From positions 19,225 through 83,224 of the forward strand of contig JAKSSR010000001.1 in the NCBI GenBank assembly GCA_024402995.1: a stretch of 64,000 nucleotides of DNA. Reading direction: 5' to 3'. The stretch is from Clostridia bacterium (GTDB taxonomy: Bacteria; Bacillota; Clostridia; Peptostreptococcales; Anaerovoracaceae). Position numbers and translations under genes: made by a program. The notes below the pieces were generated by a model that was given only the letters and a program-made list of their open reading frames with translations, did no database searches and was not told the DNA's origin. How positions within the stretch are numbered: the stretch's first letter is position 1; each line of letters begins with the position of its first letter. Of this stretch, positions 1 through 8,199 are shown piece by piece.

Positions 1-1691
1 TCAGTGGAAAGGCCGGAGGTGTTGGAGGAACCGCCGGAGGTGGTGCTGAGGAGACCGTTGAAAATTGCGCTGTAGGGGTTGGAGCTGGTGGAGTATGCGC
101 TGCTCTGTACGCTCTGTGCGGAGCCGGTCACGCCTGCGAAGGCCTGGATGCAGCGGGAGTATTCGTCGTCCATTCCGATGGCGTCATAGGTGTTGACAGC
201 GTTCTTGACGTTGCCGGGCTTGCTCATGGGGAAGTAAATGGAAAGTCCGTAGGAGTTGTCGATGTTGTTGGAAGTCCTGTTGTACTTGACTGCGCCGAGA
301 ACCGCTTCGGCAAGGGCTTTGCCTTCTTCGGTGCCCATGTTGATCGCAAGGTTTACAAGGTCGACCTGGTCGATCTTGCTGGTGGAGTATTCTCTGCAGC
401 TGCTTCTTGCGTTGGAAACTGTTGCGTAGGTGTTGGAATCCTTGATGAGTTCAGTTGTGGAAGTTGCGAAGTCTACCAGCTCTGCGGGGAGAGTTGCCGC
501 CAGCTCGGCAAGGTCTGTGAGAGACAGGGTCGCCTTCTGGGAGGGAACCTTCTGAGCGCATGAGTCTACAAAGTCATCGACTATTTTCTGGCCGATCTCG
601 ATGGTGGGCATGGAAGTGTTCTTGGAAAGGTTAGTGATCCAGTTGGTGTAGTACCAGCCGTAGCCTGCTTCAACTTCTTCGGAAGCGATCATGTAGTCTG
701 CATAGTTGCTGAGCATGAGACCTGTTTCGGCAGTTGCCATGAGGCATGCGTCAAAGCCTACGAAATCAAACTTGATGCCTGCGTTGTTGAGAGCCTGGTT
801 GATGCCGCTGAGGCCCATGGAACCCTTGCTGGTGAACTTTTCGTCGTAGCCGTAGCCTGTGAGGGAGCCGCCGCCGTGATCCCAGAAGATCAGGTCGTAG
901 CGGTCTGCCTTGTAATTCTTTACGCAATAGTTGATGAAACCGGTAAGAGTCGCGGGATCGGTCATGCATTTGCTGCCTTCATCTTTGGACAGCTGTTTCA
1001 GTCCGCCCTGTTCGACCTTGTAGATCTGGTTGGTCTTGGAGCTGATAATGGAGTTGTTCCACTTGCTTGCGCCGCCGGTGTAAACGATGATGTTTACCTT
1101 GTCGGAAATAGTTGCGTTGGCCATTTCCTGAAGGTCGGCAGTTGCCAGGCCGCTTTTTGATTCAAGGTCTGCGCCGCACATATAGACCATAATGGTGACG
1201 GTATCTTTGCCGCTGCCCTTAATGGTTGTGAACTTGTCGCGGGCGCCGGATGCTATGCTTTTGTCAAGCTTTCCGGTATTTTTTGAGGTGACCCAGCCGG
1301 AGGAGGTGGTAGTGGAGTTTACGCTGCCCAGAAGGCTGGAGAGGTTAAATGCGGATGCTGTGCTTCCCTGAGACTGCTGGCTCGTGTAAGTCTGAGCCGG
1401 CTGAGATGTGTAGGAATTGCTTCCTGTGGAAGAGCCTCCTCCAAGGAGTCCTGAGAGTCCTGCACCGCCGCCGCCAAGAAGTAAGACTGCAAGGACGATG
1501 ATCTTCAGAAGACCGCCGCCGGAGGATCTTTTCTGGCTCCCGCCGCCGCTGCTCTGGCTGTATTGCTGTTTTCTGCCCTGATAGGCGTCCTGCTTTCCCA
1601 CAGGACCGGTGCCCAGGCCTTCGCCTCTCTTGTAGACGTCCTTACCCTGGCCCGTAACTTTCTTTTCGTGGTTTTCCGGAATGTTAGGCAT
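1..1691 (-). CDS. Clostripain-family (MEROPS C11) cysteine peptidase, N-terminally membrane-anchored; 3' end runs off the window
   Basis: Absent from the ORF track because there is no stop inside the window. Hand translation of the minus frame from ATG 1691 gives MPNIPENHEKK...SSGGGLLKIIVLAVLLLGGGG (one TM), then VTIMVYMCGADLESKSG...YDLIFWDHGGGSLTGYGYDEKF...FDFVGFDACLMATAETG. WDHGGG and GFDACLM are the His/Cys dyad contexts of clostripain-like enzymes. The frame stays open to base 3. Confidence 0.8.
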   Translation of the reverse strand, partial: MPNIPENHEKKVTGQGKDVYKRGEGLGTGPVGKQDAYQGRKQQYSQSSGGGSQKRSSGGGLLKIIVLAVLLLGGGGAGLSGLLGGGSSTGSNSYTSQPAQTYTSQQSQGSTASAFNLSSLLGSVNSTTTSSGWVTSKNTGKLDKSIASGARDKFTTIKGSGKDTVTIMVYMCGADLESKSGLATADLQEMANATISDKVNIIVYTGGASKWNNSIISSKTNQIYKVEQGGLKQLSKDEGSKCMTDPATLTGFINYCVKNYKADRYDLIFWDHGGGSLTGYGYDEKFTSKGSMGLSGINQALNNAGIKFDFVGFDACLMATAETGLMLSNYADYMIASEEVEAGYGWYYTNWITNLSKNTSMPTIEIGQKIVDDFVDSCAQKVPSQKATLSLTDLAELAATLPAELVDFATSTTELIKDSNTYATVSNARSSCREYSTSKIDQVDLVNLAINMGTEEGKALAEAVLGAVKYNRTSNNIDNSYGLSIYFPMSKPGNVKNAVNTYDAIGMDDEYSRCIQAFAGVTGSAQSVQSSAYSTSSNPYSAIFNGLLSTTSGGSSNTSGLST

Positions 1692-1706
1692 TGTTTTTTC
1701 CTCTTT

Positions 1707-3002
1707 CTATTTCCCTGAAATTACTATACCCTCGGCGGCGACCCAGGGAATGAGTTCTCCGCCTGTGCTGTATTCCTTTGAAATTGCGCATATGTTTTTA
1801 AGCATGTCCGCAAGATTGCCGGAAATCATTGTTTCGCTTACGGCATTGGTTATTCTGCCGTGCTCTATTCTGAAGGCGTTCTTTGCAACGCCTGAGAAAT
1901 CGCCGTTGACGCTGGGGGAACCGCCGGAGAAGCGTCCTACTAAAAGTCCGTTTTCAACGGATTTTATCATCTCATCGATAGATTTATCGCCCGGCTCGAT
2001 TATGAAGCTTCCTGAGGTGTTTTTTGACCTCTGAAGGCCTGTCTTATTGGCTCCGTAGAGGGACATCATGAAGGATTCAAGCTTTCCGTCCTTTATTACG
2101 TCGTAGTCCTCTGAGATGAAGCCTTCACCTGTCCAGCGTTCGCCGCCTAAAGTTCTGTCGTCAAGGGGTGCGGCCGAGACAGTGAGAAGGGGAGAAGCGA
2201 CCATTTCTCCAAGCTTGTCCTTCCAGATGCTGGTGCCTTCGATGAGGCTTCCTTCTCCGGCAAACTGGCCCAGGGCGCTCAGAATGAAATCTGCCGCGCA
2301 GCCCGGCTCCATGACTATGGTCCCTGTGAACTTGCCTTCCACTGGAACTGTATCGATGGAGTTTTCCGCCGCTTCCAGATCTCTGCGTATGGTGTCCTGA
2401 TCTATGAGGGGGACGGTCAGGTCTACGGTATCAACGCCGGTGTAGAAGAAGGATGAAGTGTTTTCTCCGTCGTTGCCGGCCATGTCTATGCCTATGCCGT
2501 AGCTTCCGCCTTCGCTTCTGAATACAGCTCCTTTGCTGTTGCGGTAAATGCTTCTTCCGCCCTTATGCTCTGTGCACAGTTCGGTTATGAGTATTTTGGG
2601 ATACTCTTTTGCGATGGTCTCCTTCAACTCTGCGCATCTGTCAAAGAAAAGGGGAATGTCGGGAACTCTTACTCCCCAGCTGTAGCTTCCCGTTTCGGGG
2701 ACCGGATTCAGCTGCCAGGCTTCGTCGGGAACACCTGCGGCTGCTACTTCCATGCAGTCCTCAGCGGCTTTTCTGATGTCCTCTTCTTCAAAGGAATTAA
2801 TGGCGATGCTGCCTTTTCTGTGGTCTTTTATAACAGTCAGGCTCATGCTGTGGCCTGTAAGTGTGCGGAAAAGGGTGAATTCATCTTCCGCAAGGGTAAA
2901 TTCGTTGGTGACGGATTCGCCTGCCGTAACGACGGCATCATCTGCTCCCTGTTCCATGAGTATATCAAGGGCAAGAGCCGAGACTTTTTCAAGTATATCC
3001 AT
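1707..3002 (-). CDS. pmbA: PmbA/TldE family protease partner
   Basis: 431 aa with TldD/PmbA-family length and C-terminal pattern (GDFSGVAKNAFRIEHGRI...SGNL). ATG 3002 lies 1 nt after the tldD stop (TGA-T-ATG). It lacks the HExxxH motif that its partner carries. Confidence 0.85.
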   Translation of the reverse strand: MDILEKVSALALDILMEQGADDAVVTAGESVTNEFTLAEDEFTLFRTLTGHSMSLTVIKDHRKGSIAINSFEEEDIRKAAEDCMEVAAAGVPDEAWQLNPVPETGSYSWGVRVPDIPLFFDRCAELKETIAKEYPKILITELCTEHKGGRSIYRNSKGAVFRSEGGSYGIGIDMAGNDGENTSSFFYTGVDTVDLTVPLIDQDTIRRDLEAAENSIDTVPVEGKFTGTIVMEPGCAADFILSALGQFAGEGSLIEGTSIWKDKLGEMVASPLLTVSAAPLDDRTLGGERWTGEGFISEDYDVIKDGKLESFMMSLYGANKTGLQRSKNTSGSFIIEPGDKSIDEMIKSVENGLLVGRFSGGSPSVNGDFSGVAKNAFRIEHGRITNAVSETMISGNLADMLKNICAISKEYSTGGELIPWVAAEGIVISGK

Positions 3003-3003
3003 A

Positions 3004-4383
3004 TCAGCGTCCTCCCATCATTACTTTACATCTGAGCTCGGGACCGCCCAGGCCCACGGGCATGGGCTGCTTCTTACCACAGTAGCCGCAGTCTTCCCAG
3101 CTGATCTTGTCGGAGACCATGTCAACGGTCTTGAGCATTTCGAAGGCCACACCGGAAATGGTGGTGTCCAGAATTGCTCTGCCCAGCTTGCCGTGTTTGA
3201 TCTCATAGCCCATGGTAATGCCGAACATGAATTCTCCGGTGTTGTCAGCCTGACCGTTGCCTGTATCTATGAGGTAATAGCCGTCGTCTACGGAGGCTAT
3301 CATGTCCTCGATCTTATCCTTGCCCGGGTGAATGGCTGTGTTGCGCATTCTGATAAGTGGCTCGTCGTTATAGGCAAAGGCTCTGGCATTCCCGCAGGGG
3401 GCGACGCCGAAGCGCTGGGCCGTTTCTCTGTTGTGCATATAGCCCACCAGTATGCCGTCTTTTATAATAGGCGCGTCGACGGCAGGAGTTCCTTCGTCGT
3501 CTGCGAAGACGGGAAGGGGAGCCTGCTTGCCGAAGGCAGTATTGGCAAAGTCCGTAAGGCTTACCAGAGGTGAAGCTACTTCCCTGCCCAGGTTCTTTCC
3601 GGCTACGCTTCCGCCTATGACCAGATCCGCTTCTACGGTATGTCCCACTGCTTCATGGGCCAGCATGCCGCCAAGGCTTCCGCCTATGATGACGGTCTTC
3701 AGGCCTGCTTCTGCGTATACGCCGCTGCACTTGTCCATAAGTTTCTTGTGGCAGCGGTCTATTGCGGGGAAGAGGGCTGAGGGATCCTTGAATCTTTCTT
3801 TAAAGTTTCCGAAGCCTCCGATGGGGGAGTACATGTCTATGGGGCTTCCGTCCGGTCCTTCGGCAGTCATGAGGAAGTTGACGTAGGAACGGGGAATGCA
3901 GAGGGATGCCTCTGCTCCGTCAGAAGTGATCAGGTACTTTTCTCTGGATTCCGTAAAGATTATGACTCTGCGGCTGATGAGTTTTTCTTTTGAGGCAATG
4001 TACTCATCGATCTCTTTCATGAATTCGATGAATTCTTTCTGCTCGGTATCAGAATAAGTGATGCCGGAATCTATGTTTGCATAAGGAATGGCAGGTCTTG
4101 CGGCCAGACCTTTTCCTATGCGTCCATCCATGAAGATGGCGTTGTCCGCCGCTGATCTGAGGACTCGTCCGGCAGCGTCGGCGCTCAAATCTGCCTCGGA
4201 AGCGAAGCCGTAGACTCCGTTCTTGCAGACCCTGGCGGAGACTCCCGCGCCGTCTGCTCTGGAGTTGCCGACCAGGTTTCCCTGAAGCATTGAGACCTTG
4301 CGGGTGGAGTTCCTCTGGGCCCTCAGCTCAGTCTGGCAGCCGTCCGGCAGCAGGCCTTTATAGGGTATGATTATTTCTTTCAT
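3004..4383 (-). CDS. tldD: TldD family zinc metalloprotease
   Basis: 459 aa with the metal site LAHEAVGHTVEADL (HExxxH) and GNARAFAYNDEPLIRMRNT, typical of TldD. SD-like AAAGGA sits upstream of ATG 4383. Confidence 0.9.
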   Translation of the reverse strand: MKEIIIPYKGLLPDGCQTELRAQRNSTRKVSMLQGNLVGNSRADGAGVSARVCKNGVYGFASEADLSADAAGRVLRSAADNAIFMDGRIGKGLAARPAIPYANIDSGITYSDTEQKEFIEFMKEIDEYIASKEKLISRRVIIFTESREKYLITSDGAEASLCIPRSYVNFLMTAEGPDGSPIDMYSPIGGFGNFKERFKDPSALFPAIDRCHKKLMDKCSGVYAEAGLKTVIIGGSLGGMLAHEAVGHTVEADLVIGGSVAGKNLGREVASPLVSLTDFANTAFGKQAPLPVFADDEGTPAVDAPIIKDGILVGYMHNRETAQRFGVAPCGNARAFAYNDEPLIRMRNTAIHPGKDKIEDMIASVDDGYYLIDTGNGQADNTGEFMFGITMGYEIKHGKLGRAILDTTISGVAFEMLKTVDMVSDKISWEDCGYCGKKQPMPVGLGGPELRCKVMMGGR

Positions 4384-4672
4384 TTTATCGTCCTTTCACA
4401 GGTGAATACGCCAAAAGGGCATAAGAACCTAAAATACACAATAAATCAAATTAGCATACCACAAAAGCTTGAAAAATAAAAGACTTCCGACGTAGGGGAA
4501 GGCTGAAACTGAGTTATTTGCGTGGACTGTTTTCTTCTGGTCGTGAGACAGGAATAAAAGGTTTCGCAATGAGTTAAAAAAGGCGTTTCTTATGATATCG
4601 TTGAGCGCATAATTGTAGTAAGTTTTTATCGTTTGGGCTCAAATTAGCCTGTCTGAAAAGCAAAAAACATCC

Positions 4673-4730
4673 AAAACTGACTTTTGCACATTTTTTCGGC
4701 CAAAAAGTCAGTCAATTTCTCTTTTTCGTG
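4673..4730. repeat. Hairpin repeat unit, copy A (10-bp perfect inverted repeat plus TTTTTCGTG tail)
   Basis: ACTGACTTTT (4676-4685), 17-nt spacer, AAAAGTCAGT (4703-4712), then TTTTTCGTG at 4722-4730. It lies in the 669-bp gap upstream of tldD. Confidence 0.6.
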
Positions 4731-4870
4731 ACCTAAATTGATTGCCATAGTTGGGTCATACTAACTTGTTGAGTAAAAAACAAGCGATTTGAGAAAAAAT
4801 ACATATTGTTTGCAGCAAGCTCTTTGAACTGATCCGCACAGGAACCTCAAAAGACTTTGATATGCCTGAA

Positions 4871-4919
4871 AAAGACTGACTTTTTAGTTTTTTTCTCATC
4901 AAAAAGTCAGTTTTTCGTG
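4871..4919. repeat. Hairpin repeat unit, copy B (11-bp perfect inverted repeat plus TTTTTCGTG tail)
   Basis: ACTGACTTTTT (4875-4885), 15-nt spacer, AAAAAGTCAGT (4901-4911), then TTTTTCGTG ending at 4919. Same arms and tail as copy A, about 200 bp away. Confidence 0.6.
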
Positions 4920-4945
4920 TTTTCCACTCATTTAAAATGCTAAAT

Positions 4946-4985
4946 AAAAAAAGATGAGTGGAAGGAATACTGTTTCACTCATCCT
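4946..4985 (-). terminator. Putative intrinsic terminator after the 5053-5568 gene
   Basis: Minus strand reads GGATGAGTG-(15-nt loop)-CACTCATC followed by TTTTTTTATTT. The stem is 8 bp (10 bp with a G.U pair) and sits about 70 nt past the stop. Confidence 0.5.
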
Positions 4986-5052
4986 GTCTGCTTTTCCGGA
5001 GAATTTTTATCGTATTAATTCAAGTTTTTATCGATTATTGCTTCTTTTCGCT

Positions 5053-5568
5053 CTAACTCAGATAAACAAGCAGCATTCCTGCAAATATGCAGCCCTGAGC
5101 AAGGGAGTTTGTTATCTGTTCTATCCAATTGGACTTTGGATCTGCGCTGTCAAGCCTTGATGCGAATATGCCCATGAGGCACATCCCAAGAATACCCATA
5201 ATAAACAGTACGCTTTGGGGCATAAGGAACAGCCTTCCGCCCAGATCTCCGGATTTCCCTGAAATAATTGAAAAGGCGATTCCTGCAATAAGAGCTATCA
5301 TACTTAAAGGCATGATTATTCTCATCTGGAGAAACATCCACCAGACGTTTTTCTTTTCCGTCGCCACTATGATCTTCCACAGAACTTTAATACATCCGGA
5401 CAGGAAGGTCACCGCGGCAGCTATGACCACCACTGTGTTTTTAAGTATCAATCCGAGGAGTATGCTTGTTCCTCCGAAGAATAAAACCGGGAGGAAATCA
5501 ACCAGAGCCAGACTCACGGAAAATCCTTCGGGGACGGTATCCTTTGTCATTTTTACGTTCTTTCTCAT
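5053..5568 (-). CDS. Integral membrane protein, unknown family
   Basis: 171 aa with about 5 hydrophobic helices (FLPVLFFGGTSILLGLIL, VVVIAAAVTFLSGCI, IIMPLSMIALIAGIAFSII, VLFIMGILGMCLMGIF). Last gene of the co-directional 7726 to 5053 string. Confidence 0.6.
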   Translation of the reverse strand: MRKNVKMTKDTVPEGFSVSLALVDFLPVLFFGGTSILLGLILKNTVVVIAAAVTFLSGCIKVLWKIIVATEKKNVWWMFLQMRIIMPLSMIALIAGIAFSIISGKSGDLGGRLFLMPQSVLFIMGILGMCLMGIFASRLDSADPKSNWIEQITNSLAQGCIFAGMLLVYLS

Positions 5569-5571
5569 AAC

Positions 5572-6072
5572 TTATTTTTTATTGCATTCAGCTAAGAATG
5601 CATCTGCGCTGCTTCTGTTTTGAAAGATGTGGATTTCTTTATCAGAATATTTACTGAGCAAATCAAGGACGCAGGGTCTGCTCTGAGTGTTAAAGTTCCT
5701 GATAAACTCAATAAACTCCGGATCGTCTTCGTCCTCCGGTTCTATCCAGGGCATGTCCGCCCGGGCTTTTCCTTTTCGCTCTTTTATCCCCGCAAGACAT
5801 AACTCCGCGGGGTAGTCCAGGAAGAATACGGTATCACAGTTCTGCATTCTAATTTCCATGGTGGAACTGTAATTGCCGTCAATGATCCACCGCTCTTTTC
5901 CGATCACCTCCGTAAGACGCCGGAGGAAAACTTCCTTATCCACATTTGTTTTGTCGGAATTCCAATAGAGCATATCAAGATGAAAAAGGGGAATTCCCGT
6001 AATATCATGGAGTGCCCTGGAAAAGGTACTTTTGCCGCTTCCCGGGCAGCCTATTACTATAACTTTCTTCAT
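5572..6072 (-). CDS. Small P-loop kinase, adenylate-kinase-like (FlaR / topology-modulation type)
   Basis: N-terminal Walker A MKKVIVIGCPGSGKSTFSRAL; 166 aa, typical for this family. Confidence 0.7.
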   Translation of the reverse strand: MKKVIVIGCPGSGKSTFSRALHDITGIPLFHLDMLYWNSDKTNVDKEVFLRRLTEVIGKERWIIDGNYSSTMEIRMQNCDTVFFLDYPAELCLAGIKERKGKARADMPWIEPEDEDDPEFIEFIRNFNTQSRPCVLDLLSKYSDKEIHIFQNRSSADAFLAECNKK

Positions 6073-6077
6073 TCTTA

Positions 6078-7199
6078 TTATGACTCGCGTCTATCTTTTA
6101 TTGTGTCGATTTTTTCTTTTACTGGTTCTATGATCTTGCCTTTTATGGAGAAGCGGGCAAGGAGGTGGAGGAACTGTCTGATTTCCTTTGCCTTTGGAAA
6201 TTGTCCGGCGATCACAACTGCCTGCTTGAGGGTATGATCCGTAAAGTCTGTAAGAGTGACTGCTCCTGTTGAAGATAGTACACGGAAGAGTTCGTCAACC
6301 AGCTGAAATCTTTCGGGAGTCGTCATACCGTTAATGGTTTTGTTTATTGCATCCCTGAATTTCACGCTTTTGTCGGCTAGTGCGTCCGCTCTTATGAAAG
6401 AAGAACTGTCCAGGCCCCAGGCGAAAATATCGTGGGCGGCAGGGCCGTCCTTTTCACAGGCGACAACGTCCATTTCCCCTGCCAGTCCCATGAGCATGCC
6501 CACAATGCTTGAAGTGGGGACGAAGGTAACGACCTTGTCCGCAATAGCTCGGTAGCCGGGAGTATCGAGGAACTCTTTCATAAATCCGGGACCGTCGTAG
6601 CTGGCAATGCTCTCAATTCTGGACTGAATGTCCGGTTTTGCTTTGGCCGCGGCGTAAATGGCAAGATTGCCGCCCTTGGAGTGGCCTGAAACGATCAAGG
6701 GACCGGTGTAGCAGCCGGCAATGGTTTCAAGGTATTCGGCGGCGTCCCTCTGTGCCGGGACCCGTTGGATGACAGCCAGCATGCAGTTTTCCTTCCAGCC
6801 TACAAGTCTGTCGTCGGTGCCTCTGAAGGTGACGTAGATCTTGCCGTCGGGGCCGAAAACGGTAAGAGCGGACATCTGCTCTGTGTGTTCCTCGCTTATG
6901 ATATTTACGAAGTGAGTGATCTTAATGTCCGCGTATCTGGGGGCAAGGGCTATCTTATGCAGTATGCGCATCATGCTCGGTGATGCTAAAAGGCCAAGGC
7001 TTTTGTCCTCCTGTCTTCCGTGCATTGAAAAATAGGCGTTGAAAACCTCCGAATACTTTGCTGTTTCGTTTTCTCCGAGAACTTCTTTGAAATCTGCTTT
7101 GCCCATGGTGGCAAATATCAGTCGGTCTATTTCGTTTACAGGGGAAACCTCAAAGCTCAGGTCTCCTCTGAAATTAAGGTAGTCTTCAAGTGTGTACAT
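6078..7199 (-). CDS. Alpha/beta-hydrolase, DUF2974 / Mbeg1-like lipase-fold protein
   Basis: 373 aa with nucleophile elbow VSGHSKGGNLA (GxSxG). ATG 7199 overlaps the upstream Nudix stop (TAATG). Confidence 0.6.
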   Translation of the reverse strand: MYTLEDYLNFRGDLSFEVSPVNEIDRLIFATMGKADFKEVLGENETAKYSEVFNAYFSMHGRQEDKSLGLLASPSMMRILHKIALAPRYADIKITHFVNIISEEHTEQMSALTVFGPDGKIYVTFRGTDDRLVGWKENCMLAVIQRVPAQRDAAEYLETIAGCYTGPLIVSGHSKGGNLAIYAAAKAKPDIQSRIESIASYDGPGFMKEFLDTPGYRAIADKVVTFVPTSSIVGMLMGLAGEMDVVACEKDGPAAHDIFAWGLDSSSFIRADALADKSVKFRDAINKTINGMTTPERFQLVDELFRVLSSTGAVTLTDFTDHTLKQAVVIAGQFPKAKEIRQFLHLLARFSIKGKIIEPVKEKIDTIKDRRES

Positions 7200-7726
7200 T
7201 ACAGTAGTATTTCTCCTGCTCTTTTCAGTATGGGAAGTTCTCTTTGAGATACGAGATCTCCCCAGGGAGTAGAGCGTTGTTTTTCATATTCGCTGATTGC
7301 TTCCTCATAGCTCAGCTTAGCCGTATTCAGGCAGATATCTGTGAGTTCCTGATGTGTAAGGCTTCTGTCACCGAAGGTCAGGACCTTGCAGAGGAAGTAG
7401 TGATTTATGTTGTGTCTGTGTATAAGGTTGTAGTAGTCGCTGACCACGCCGATCTTGCCGGTGATCTCGACTTCGGCACCCAGTTCTTCCTTAAGTTCCC
7501 GCCTTACGGCTGCTTCCGGTGTTTCTCCCGGATCTATGCCTCCTCCGGAGGTTTCCAGAAAGATACCGTGTCCGAAATCATCCCAGCGTCTGACTCTGAC
7601 AAAATAAAAAAGGCGGTCTTTGTCATAGACTATGGCTCTGGCAATGCTGCGGTCATGGTCCGTATATTCAAAGGGCCACCGGGTATCCGTAAATTCAAGA
7701 TATAATTCCTGTTCGTTCATTTTCAT
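7199..7726 (-). CDS. NUDIX hydrolase
   Basis: Nudix box GGGIDPGETPEAAVRRELKEELG (Gx5Ex7REUxEExGU); 175 aa. Confidence 0.85.
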   Translation of the reverse strand: MKMNEQELYLEFTDTRWPFEYTDHDRSIARAIVYDKDRLFYFVRVRRWDDFGHGIFLETSGGGIDPGETPEAAVRRELKEELGAEVEITGKIGVVSDYYNLIHRHNINHYFLCKVLTFGDRSLTHQELTDICLNTAKLSYEEAISEYEKQRSTPWGDLVSQRELPILKRAGEILL

Positions 7727-7761
7727 ACCTCGAGTCTATTATACCACACATGCCTTGTAAA

Positions 7762-7794
7762 TAAAAAACAGCAGACTCACAGGGGAGTCTGCTG
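7762..7794 (-). terminator. Intrinsic terminator ending the opp operon
   Basis: Minus strand reads CAGCAGACTC-CCCTGT-GAGTCTGCTG (10-bp perfect stem) followed by TTTTTTATTT. Confidence 0.8.
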
Positions 7795-7800
7795 TAAATG

Positions 7801-8199
7801 CTATGCCTGAATAAAGTAGATCAAAAGTGAAACTGTCGCTACTGCCAGCCATGCCAGACCTGCGTATATCAGCGGGGCAGGGTGGCCCTGACGCTTAGAA
7901 GCCATGCGGCTTTTATAGTCAATGTAGCTTTCTTCAGATTCCTCGTTTTTGATCTTGCGGGGGAGCCCCTTTGTGGTTGACGCAAGGTAGCCCAGGCCGT
8001 CGAAAAGACCTTTGCCGCTTACCCAGACCATGGCGCCCAGTCCGGTCAGGGCTGCGAAGGCTGCGAAGGCCGCATCGCATATGCCCATGATCAGCTTTTC
8101 GCCGTTTCCGGAAAAGGTGCCGCGGAGCAGACATATTACCGTGAACAGTATCAGGCCTGCTCCAAAGCAGATCAATGTTTTTTTCAGTTTGTCTGTCAC
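7801..8199 (-). CDS. Small membrane protein translationally coupled to oppF
   Basis: 132 aa with hydrophobic helices LICFGAGLILFTVICLL, AAFAAFAALTGLGAMVWV and LIYAGLAWLAVATVSLLIYFI. The GTG start at 8199 overlaps the oppF TGA (GTGA) and has an AGAGGA SD. An internal ATG (aa 38) is an alternative start. Confidence 0.55.
   Translation of the reverse strand: MTDKLKKTLICFGAGLILFTVICLLRGTFSGNGEKLIMGICDAAFAAFAALTGLGAMVWVSGKGLFDGLGYLASTTKGLPRKIKNEESEESYIDYKSRMASKRQGHPAPLIYAGLAWLAVATVSLLIYFIQA

Noticed and set aside
4644-4899. Small minus-strand ORFs inside the 669-bp gap: 47 aa (4756..4899, MRKKLKSQSFSGISKSF...ICIFSQIACFLLNKLV) and 34 aa (4644..4748). I considered them as a RiPP precursor for TldD/E or as a type I toxin.
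   Set aside because: Neither has a Shine-Dalgarno sequence, and both run straight through the palindromic repeats, which alone explain their partial similarity. Nothing resembles a leader/core peptide, and no modification enzymes are nearby. This is not supportable from sequence alone.
4673-4919. Two similar repeats separated by about 200 bp, considered as a possible mini-CRISPR.
   Set aside because: There are only two copies, the units are AT-rich palindromes of unequal spacing, there is no repeat-spacer periodicity, and the window has no cas genes.
4954-5160. Plus-strand 68-aa ORF at the right edge of the gap.
   Set aside because: It overlaps the 3' end of the minus-strand membrane-protein gene and its terminator. 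It has no SD, and its start codon lies within the hairpin arm.
5936-5944. Three perfect DnaA-box 9-mers (TTATCCACA) at 5936-5944, 23871-23879 and 42974-42982, together with the minus-to-plus strand switch near 18.5 kb. I considered a replication origin.
   Set aside because: All three boxes lie inside coding sequences 18-19 kb apart and are not clustered. There is no dnaA/dnaN and no AT-rich unwinding element next to them. With roughly 0.5 expected by chance under uniform composition, three is unremarkable. Minus-strand genes also occur to the right of the switch.
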